DNA of 64,000 nt from the human T2T-CHM13v2.0 reference genome, Homo sapiens: assembly GCF_009914755.1 (NCBI RefSeq), contig NC_060938.1; one strand, written 5' to 3'. Shown in pieces: positions 49,910 through 64,000 of the stretch. The position numbers and the translations under genes were made by a program. The notes below the pieces were generated by a model. It had not been told where the DNA came from. It did no database searches and saw only the letters and a list, made by a program, of their open reading frames with translations. The first letter of the stretch is position 1, and the number at the start of each line of letters is the position of its first letter.

Positions 49910-52900
49910 GGATGAACAGTGCTAACACCTGGTCAGCCCAGGCAGCAGGCCCGGGGGCTCAGTGTCCTGCTTCCCAGCTCGGGCTCCAGGTGTGTGAACT
50001 GTTCCAGGCAAGCCTGCCTGCTTCGGGACAGCACCTCTACCTCTGGCTGGGAGCTCTGCCTGGCCCTCAACTTGCATCCAGAAGGCGAAGCATGGGGAAC
50101 CATGAGGCCACAGTCGAGGGCCAAGTGTTTGGGGTGGTGGCAGGGGTTGTGGCCTCCTGGGGACCCTCCCAGTCCCCAGTGACCCTCAGCACCAGGCTGG
50201 CCAGGCCCACGGGCGAGGAGGAAAATGCACGGCCCGTGCTCCTCGCAGCCGCACCCAGTGTGAGCACGGCTGAGCAGCTCTGCGGGAGTGGTGGCCCCGT
50301 GGTCACAGGGACAGGATCACAAACCAGGATCTTCCAACAGGCTGGGATCTGACCACTTCCCCGGCCCTCACCCCCAGCACCCCCTCCAGCTGCGCATGCA
50401 CATACGTGTAGGTGCACACACACGTGCACACCCTCCTACACCACCCAGCCAGTCCCCACAGCAGGCAGCCAGGATGGAGGCAGCACCTTTCCGCCTGTGT
50501 CTCACCGTGGGACTGGGCTTAGGCTGACTTGGTACAGCCAGTCCCCAGGACGGGCTGGGCCTCTGGCCAGGGTCGGGAGGCAGAGGCACCGCCCCAACTG
50601 AGCTCTCAGAGCTGGGTAGTGCCCCTTCTTGTTCTCCTGCCCCTCAGTGGGTGGCTGGTCCTGCTGGGTGCCTGGGTCCAGCACAGCTGTCACAGGCCAG
50701 GCCACCAGCCAAGGTGGGAAGAACAGGGTGAAGACGGCAGAGCCCCTGGGAGAGCTTCCTGGGACCCGATCTTCAGCTTGTGGGCAGCACGCACCCCACC
50801 TGGCTCTTGCCCTGCAGGCTGCCCAGCTTTATCACTGGTGGGGTCATTGGTGGGGCAGCCCCTCCTGGGGCCCAGCACCACAGTGCCCTCTGTCCCCAGG
50901 CCTGCCCAGCTCTTTGTAGGGTCCTGGAACGCCCCTTCTCTGACCCCAGCGGGAAATGAACCCACCTGTAATGAAAGTCCTGTCTGTCAACCAAATGCAG
51001 CCCATGGGCCTGGCTGTGCTCTGCATCAGCTCCAGTAAGAGGATCACCGGGCAGCCTGGAGGGCAGGTTCGCCTGGCATGCCAGATTTCTCCGCAGCTTG
51101 CGATGGAGGCACTTGCAGGGAGGCACATGTGTGAGTGCAGGACAGAGGAGCTTTCATCAGGCAGAGGCTGCGTGTTCATAACATCCCGTCCAGGTTGCTT
51201 TGTTTTGAATCTGAGGTGGTTTTCGACTCCACTCTGGGCGTCCACCCAAGAGGTGCCTGTGGACACCCACCCGCTCCCCCAACTCCATGCAACTTGCCAA
51301 CCTTCAAGTAGATCGGTGTAACTACCCCCCAGTCCGATGGTGTGCAGGAATGTGGGGGCAGCAAGGTCACAGGGCCTCGGGCCAACCCAGGGATGGGGGT
51401 AGTTTATACATTTGGGGCTTTTTCACAAAAAGATGAGGGTGCTGAAGGGTCCCTGAAGGCCCCAGAGGTGGCAGGGCCGGGCCAGGCCAGGCAGTGAGCC
51501 CGAGCCTGGCGTCTACAGGCCGACGGGAACCACTGCACAGTGGCTGTGGCCAACAGGCTGCTCAGAGCCTATCATTTTTAGGGCCTTTCCTGGACCTTCC
51601 ACTCCAGCTCGCTGTAGGTTTTCCAAGCCTCTTGTTCTGGCATTGACCAAATTGTCACCCAAGAAGCAGGCCCTCAGTGCACCTCCAGTTCATCCAGCTG
51701 GTTCCGACAGCTTCAGGAACAGTCCATGGAGCTGCTCCCAGCTTCCTCTGCAAGGCCCCTGCCGGGCTCCTCTGCGCAGTGCAGAGGCTCATTCAGGCCC
51801 AGCGTGGAAGGCAAGGGGGACGGATCTGAGAAGCCGGGGCTTATCTCCCAGGGGCACAGCAGAGTGAGGGATGGGCCGATGAAGTGTACGCCTGCAAGGG
51901 GCAGCAAGCAGCCCCAAGAGCTTAAACTGTCCAGCTGCAGCAAGTCTGCTGGAGCGACCAAGCAACATGTGTCACCTCAACTGAGGGCTGCACTTGGCAG
52001 TCACATCTTCCCAGACGGGCGATCGCCACTCCTGAGAATACTGCAAAGGCTCATCACTGAGAAAGGGAGGTTACCCTCGAACCCTCAGGCATCCACACAT
52101 CACAACTCCCCTCCCTGCTTGGCTCCACTACAAACCCTGAGCAGGCACTGAGGACACAGCCACCTCCACACAGGGCATGAGAAGGAACAGCGGCCTTCCT
52201 GTGAGTAAATGCAGCAACCCAGCACACACAGCACTGCCACATGGAAAGCTTGGTTCAGGTCACAGCAAAATCCCAGTTTAAGGACACGGCTCGCTGGTTG
52301 CAGATAGAAACTTCTAGCAACCCAGAAACCAACTGTGAGAGTTTATGATGAGGGACGTGATCCCACCACTCTGTCTTTAGGTAGACACCAAGGCAACACA
52401 TCAAGTGTCCACACCTCAGACACCCACCCACCCCAGCCCGGCCCTTTCCGGTGGCTCCGCCAGCCTGCTCACCCGGCTACCTGGACTCCACAGGGTGAGC
52501 ACAATGTCCACACTTGTTCCGCAGTTTGCTGCTGCGTCCTCCTTCCATCACTGCCGGGCCCACTTCACTAAGGAGTGAACCTGGGAGAAGGCGCCTGGCC
52601 CAGATGTGGCCCAGCAGGGATCCAGGCCCAGATGGCTGGGCTCAGCCCTGTGGAGACCACCCCCTCCCACCCCGCCCCGCCCCCGAGGAAATCCTGCGCA
52701 GGCATCTGTGGGCGGAGCAGGTAGCGTTCTCCAAGGTGCGCTGTCACCCCTGAAAGGAAGATCGGTTCCCTGGGAGGAGTCTGCTATCTTCATACTGGTT
52801 CCATGTCTTCAAATAAACGTGCATTACTTTATAACCCTAGAAACCGAACTTCTGAGGTAGAAGGGGCTCCGAAGCTGTGTGCAAGGCATGCTGCACGTGA

Positions 52901-53116
52901 GGGGTACCCACCACACGTCAGGAAACGCCCCTGGGAAACTGTCAACTAACATGCCCGCTCCCCTCAGTTTGGCCAGAGGCAAACCGCAGAGAACAGTGCC
53001 AAGTTTAGATGACTGGAATTTGTATTTCTGTTTCTGAATAAACATTTTGTAAACAAAATTATTAAACACTTGGAAAATTTCTTCCCAATTAAAGTCAATT
53101 TGTACCTACAGACTTA

Positions 53117-53740
<624 letters not shown>

Positions 53741-54084
53741 CCACACACACGGACTAAACTTGCAGAGAAATGATGCTTGGAAAACAGCTGATTACTCAGC
53801 CACTGCGCACCACGGTGGAAACAAGCAGGCTTTGGTGTACGGTGTCACAGGTGAACACGGCGAGTCCAGGGAATGAGACTCCGGCTACACTTCTAAGTCA
53901 CAGCAGCTGTTCTCTCCTGTCTGTGGTCCTTCCACAGACCCAGTCTGTTTTCCGACCAAGCACCCCTAAAGCGCTCAAAAGTCACATTCTCTGAGCAGTT
54001 TATAATTTTGAAGGCTACCAAAACAGGCACTACAACTACTACTAATGCTGAACAAATGATGTTTCTAAAAGATAAAAATGCTAT

Positions 54085-55676
54085 ACAGAAACAAAATAGT
54101 GCTTTAGATTTATTCCTATAAAACACATACCCTTTAAACTAGGGTCCATGAGGATTAACTTTCGACATCGGGGGCTGTCAGAGGTCGTGGACACCCCCAA
54201 CCCCAGCCGGGCGCTGAACAATGTAAAAAGAATTTGCTCTGCAACCCTGTGGGGGGGGAAATAAAAGTAACCCAGCGTCCATTTAATGCAGCCAAGTGCA
54301 ATTCCTTTCCCCACCTTAGAAAGCACCACCAGATAATACAGCAGAACTGATCCTGCAGAAAGGTTGCTGGAGGGTCAGGCCGTGGTCGTAACTAACACCA
54401 CATTCCCATTTTGTTTGCTGGATAATTTTTTAATAAAGTGAGGTTTACATCACTGATATTTAAGAATGGCTATATGCACAAAAGAAAACACACCTTTTTG
54501 GTTAAGGGGTGAGGAAGTTAGAGAAAGCATGAGAAACAGGGAGCATGTGGGGTGAGGCGGGGCAGGAGTGGAAGGCTGCAGGCACCCCCAGCTCACTCCC
54601 TGCCTGCGGCAGCACCCATGACACTACAGATCAAGGGGTTATGAATGACATGGATTCAGATTTCTTTCATTCTAGACTTCAACCTAGCCTTAACCTTTTG
54701 TTTCAGCACCAGTCTAACAGAGCAGCGCAGGCGTTTCTCATCCAGCAGCAATGCTACTTCCTCACCCAGGGCAGGTGCATGGGCTGACCCTGACGGGAGC
54801 CTCCAGGAACACTGCCTTGAGAAGGCACCACCGAGGGGCTATGAGGTCCCTGAAGACCAACTGGTGCCTGTGATCTACAAACAGACAAATATTTGACCTT
54901 TGTCTTCAATGACATTTACATATAAATAGACATAAATAAAATCCTCCATAATTTACTCTTAGGTCTAGGAAGATGTGGCTGTGTGCGGTTCCTGATTTTC
55001 ACCCAGGTCTCACTGCAGCGCAGGACATAATGAAGAAGTATCACACACACATTTAAAGTAAAACATGATACATTCACACTGTTGACTGAGACTGTAGTGA
55101 TGCTCACTGCAAAAAACAAAACAAAACAAAAAACCCTTATTTAAACCTTAAAAAAATGAAACACACCAACTGCAATTGTTTAGGCTATAAAAGTTCTAAT
55201 GTAGCAGCAAAGGATGTTTATAGAAAAAATATACTTTTAAGAAAATAGCTGAAAAAATCTAAAGAGATAAGGTATAAAAAGTTTAAAAAATATATCTTAA
55301 GACAAAATACTGCCCAAAACATGTAAAACTGAATTGTAAAAATTCACCTATCTAAAGGTAAAAGGAGGTTGATGCAGCTGCGGCTCACCGTCCTCTACAG
55401 TGGGGGACACAAAGAGACACGAGGGGCCCAGGGCTGTGGGGACGTCAGAAGACAAGAAGCCTTCCAGAACAGCCTCTGCCTGGCCCTCCACAGGGGGGAG
55501 GTGAGTGGGACGGGCCTAGGGCTGCAGCCCCACTGGTAATGGGCTGTTCTGGGATTTCTCAGAATCAGCAGACAGGGCAGCAAGGCTGGGCCGCTGGCGG
55601 CAGGCGCACCCTCCGTGGGAGCCAGTGCTCACGTGTCAATGCGTCAGAGGCGGCTGTGAGCACTCAGGGCTCCTGC
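54085..55676 (-). other. CDCA4: CDCA4 3'UTR (approximate end)
   Basis: U/A-rich, repeat-free stretch after the stop, ending near the minus-strand AATAAA at 54114-54109. Confidence 0.75.
54109..54114 (-). terminator. CDCA4: CDCA4 polyadenylation signal
   Basis: TTTATT on plus = AATAAA on minus; U/GU-rich sequence follows on the minus strand. Confidence 0.72.
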
Positions 55677-56402
55677 TCAGGTCTCCACCAGGATCTCCAC
55701 CACGTGGTCCAGCTCGCCCAGGTCGGACTTGCAGCTGGAGCTAGGGCCTGGGGTGGCCGGAGCCAAGCCCTCGAGCCCTTCGCAGGGGCCCGGCCTGGCA
55801 CCCCCCATCATGCCTGTCAGTACTGTGTCCAGGTCGTAGTAGGGGCTGTCCACGTCTGAGAACAGCTCTTCCATGCAGCTGGGGTTTTTAGTCTCCAGCG
55901 TTTCAAATATCTGATCAAGTGACTTGTGAAAGCTTCCTCTGTTTTCTCGAGGGCCATCCATCTCCCAGGCGCTGCTCTGCAGGTGCCTTGGTGCCTGTGC
56001 TGAGGTGACTGGGCAAAGGTCAGAAACTGGACCCTGTGTGTGGCCGTCCCCCAAGCCAGGAGCAGGATGTGCCCCCTCTTGCCCCCACGCTGCACGGCAC
56101 AGGATCTCCGTGGAGACCAAGCGGTCGAGCGGCGCCCGCTCTGCAGCCTGGGGTGCCACTGTGCGCCACGTCCCATCCTGCGTCATCTCCTCTTGGATCT
56201 GCCGGACCGTGTTGGCAATGAGGACTGAGCGGCACAGATTGGGCTCCACAAGCATGTGGCAAAGCTGCAACTTCACCAGAGACATGTCCAGGAGCGACTG
56301 CCGCTGCAGGCTGTATGAGGACACTGTCTTCAAGCCGGCCAGGGCTCCCTCCACGTCTTCCTCGTGGCCAACACATTTCCTCTTCAGTCCTCGTGCAAAC
56401 AT
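55677..56402 (-). CDS. CDCA4: CDCA4 (HEPP/TRIP-Br3), SERTA-domain protein, 241 aa, single coding exon
   Basis: MFARGLKRK N-terminus, SERTA core QRQSLLDMSLVKL...EPNLCRSVLIANTVRQIQEEM, acidic C-terminus ELDHVVEILVET; CAG acceptor at 56411-56409 puts the exon start 6 nt before the ATG. Confidence 0.97.
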   Translation of the reverse strand: MFARGLKRKCVGHEEDVEGALAGLKTVSSYSLQRQSLLDMSLVKLQLCHMLVEPNLCRSVLIANTVRQIQEEMTQDGTWRTVAPQAAERAPLDRLVSTEILCRAAWGQEGAHPAPGLGDGHTQGPVSDLCPVTSAQAPRHLQSSAWEMDGPRENRGSFHKSLDQIFETLETKNPSCMEELFSDVDSPYYDLDTVLTGMMGGARPGPCEGLEGLAPATPGPSSSCKSDLGELDHVVEILVET

Positions 56403-58139
56403 TGTGTCCTGCAGAAACCAAGGAAGACACCACTTAGCACACGGCAGACTCTCTGCGGACAGCGCCCCTTGGATTTCGTCTGACTGCCCTCACTGTACGC
56501 AAGGAGCAGCGACTCCGTAACTGGCAGGGACTTGACAGAGCTGTAACTCCCTAACAGAGCTGAGACGTGGAGCCCAGTGGGAGACCCCCACCCCCAGATC
56601 AGCTGCCATCCTGCCTAAGCCAGGCACAGTCACGTTGTTAGAAACGACAAACCTCTCAACTGTACCACGACAGTGTTTTATAGCAAAAAAGATAAATGAA
56701 CTAAAAATAGGAGAAATATATAAGAGAAATGTAAGTGTTCGAGAGCTTGGCTGAAAATCTGTTTCAAAAATCTAACTGTGGTGTGTACAAAAGAAGAGAC
56801 CCTGGGGTAACATGAGATTAATGTGAACCGTGCCAGCCTGCAGAGGGCGCAGGGCGGGGGCCGGACAGGGCCGGGCACACACACGTACCATTCTGACTTC
56901 CCTCAGGATCCTGCCTCGGACAAAGTCACTTCTGCGTTCAGAAGAGTTAGTGCCTTCCCCCTCAATGCTTTCACTAAAAGCCTCTATATGTCGCAGACAG
57001 CCGGGCTGGAAAGCTGGGCCACCAGGAACGCGCAGGGGAAGGACTGCAGGGCTGTATGCTCATCCCATGCAGCGAGTGGTCTGTGTTTCGTGCACAATTC
57101 TCCAAGGGACACAGGGTCTCCTGGCCGAGCCTATGTGGCCCTGGACAGTCCCTTGCTCCCACACCCGCCCATGCTGCCTGCCTTAGGGATCACACCCATT
57201 CCTTGGCTCCCCCCACCCGCCCCACCAGTTCATTTCTCCCAAGGTGCACAGGCTCTGCCTGGCTGCTTTCTACTTGACATCTCTCAGGTCAATGCCCTCC
57301 ACTCGAGAGCTCTGACCAGCCCGTACAACCATGGCCTCAGGGGCCACCTCCCCTCTCATCTCAACTCCTTTCTCTTCAAAGGAACCAAAACATGGCAGGG
57401 TATGTGTGTGTCCGGGGCAGGGGGGGTGGGTTCCTCACCAGTGTGTTGTGGCAGCCCAGAGCTGGCCAAGGCAGTGTTTCTCGGCGTATGCCTCAGCACT
57501 GGCGCTGTTGGTTGAAGATGCAGATTCCTGGATCTTACCCCAGACCTGGGCAACTCCGGGATGGCACCTAAGGCTCAGCCTTGCTGGGCAGGTTCCACTA
57601 AGACGCACAGCACAGATGCACTAGACGGACATTGGCCATGTCTACTCTCAGAAGTACAAGTCTGTGCAAACTGTTTGTTTTTTTTTTTAACTGATTCTAA
57701 ATTGGGACATCTCTGGGGCACTAAAGGCAGAGCAGACAGGAGGGTGGGCTCTGGCTTTTGACAGATGCCATTCTGAGCCAGTGCCGCCTGTGGGGAGCTG
57801 GGAGGATGACAGCTGGCTCAGGGCCATACTGGCCGGCAGAGTCTGACAGGACAAGCATCTCACGCATGATTAAGTTTCTCTCTTCTCATGCTTGTAATGT
57901 AGTGAAATATTATTTCAAATAATTCAAGTTATGCATAAATAGGGTTACAATCTTTTGAATATGCAAACTTTGGAACTTCTTTTTCTCTTAGTCAATCTGA
58001 TGGCTCCCTGTGACCAGGGTATACCCAGGTGCTCTTGGAAAGCTGGCGTATGGGAGGCACATGCTGTCTCTGCTCGGGGTCTGGAGACCAAGGATGGGAA
58101 GTTTTGCAGTGCGGGAGAACTGGCTGCCAAACATACCCC

Positions 58140-61728
<3,589 letters not shown>

Positions 61729-61773
61729 GGTGGGGGGCGGTCCTTGGCCTAGTTTCATCACTCTCAGTTGTAA

Positions 61774-62513
<740 letters not shown>

Positions 62514-62683
62514 TCAAAACATTATGCTGAATAAAAGCAGCAAGACACACACAAAAATATGTACCGTAGGATTCTATTGATCTGAACCTTCAGGACAGGC
62601 AAAGCTAATCTAAGTTGTGAAAACACAGAAGGGTAGCCACCATCAGGGTGGGAAATGCTACAAGGGGCCAGAAAGAATCCTCC

Positions 62684-62799
62684 AGGATGATGGAGATTCT
62701 CTCTCGCCCCTTGTAGGACTTGTGTAACCCAGGGACCTGCATAGATGTGCCTGGGTTACACAAGTCCTACAAGGGACGAGAGAGAATCCCCATCATCCT
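62684..62799. repeat. Near-perfect inverted repeat (50-bp arms, 16-nt loop)
   Basis: 62684-62733 is the reverse complement of 62750-62799 at 48/50 positions. Confidence 0.97.
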
Positions 62800-63221
62800 C
62801 CACTGCATCTCATCCCATGCACAGATCCCATTCTGGTACCAGGAGAATATCCCTGTTCAGTCACTTCAAATCATTCCTCTCCAATGTTCCAAATCTCCAG
62901 CAGCTGTTAATTCTGTGTTGTACCCAATATTTTAAAATGCTGACAAGTTTATTACTATTAATACAAAAAAGAGTAAAGCTCACAGGTGCTTTTTACAGTC
63001 GCGTGACCCCAAAGAGCTGTCACCCAGAACATGTGTTCAGGAGTGAAGAGGATAAGGTTGGGCCCGGAGAAGCTGGCCTGTGAGGATCACCCTGAATTGG
63101 GTTATATCTGTGTTTGGGACAAAGTCAGCAAGAGCATGGTCTTAACCAGCCCCGAGGGATGCCTGGGCTGGGCCCAGCTCCCTGAGGGCCTCCTGTGTGA
63201 CTTCTGCCTGAGGCTGCTTAA

Positions 63222-63591
<370 letters not shown>

Positions 63592-64000
63592 CCCTGCTCA
63601 GTTTTGAAGCTCTTTCTACACATCTAGTTAAATGCCTAAAATCCCACCAACTCCACAGGTTGTTACCGGGACAGCCAAGCCCTCAGTCAACTCCCAGCAC
63701 TGCCCTCAGGCTTCTAAACCAAGCACCGACCAGACAGAGAAAAACGAAGAGGGCCAGACGGACTGAGGACATGTCCGACATGGCAGGTGGAACAGCCAAC
63801 AGGCCACTAGGGACAGAGCAACCTAGGCCCACCGAGGCAGAGGCCAGCAGGGAGCAGCCCCGCAGTGCTGCTCAGGCAAGCAGAGTACAGCTCGGGGACT
63901 GGTCCTTCACTACAGCAGCAGTGGCCACACCTTCGTGGCTGAGCAATACCACGAGGCTGGCTGAAAACGCAGATTCCCAGATTCTGATCAGTAGGGCTGG

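Overview
Human genomic DNA; I recognise it as the 14q32.33 AHNAK2-CLBA1(C14orf79)-CDCA4 locus from the translated peptides. The minus strand carries the 5' end of AHNAK2: exon 1 in a CpG island at ~22.7 kb, a ~20.5 kb first intron, then exons 2-5 running off the left edge into the PDZ-like domain. The plus strand carries a complete 5-coding-exon CLBA1 gene (325 aa, 30910-39235) transcribed divergently from a CpG-island promoter that an AluY splits. CDCA4's single coding exon (241 aa, SERTA domain) and 3'UTR lie on the minus strand, with its first exon off the right edge. The rest is GC-rich intronic sequence and dense Alu/L1/LTR/DNA-transposon remnants. No new protein-coding system is supported. 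The best leads are (i) a cluster of fold-back structures in CDCA4 intron 1: a 50-bp hairpin fully paired only in the CDCA4-sense strand, a ~500-bp inverted duplication and a head-to-head Alu pair 25 bp apart; (ii) a perfect palindromic RFX X-box in the promoter of CLBA1, an aftiphilin-like protein with an AP-1-ear-binding motif, suggesting a cilia-trafficking link; (iii) a candidate plus-strand terminal exon antisense to the CDCA4 3'UTR; and (iv) features that could vary the AHNAK2 N-terminus. Repeat coordinates and subfamily calls are by eye and approximate.
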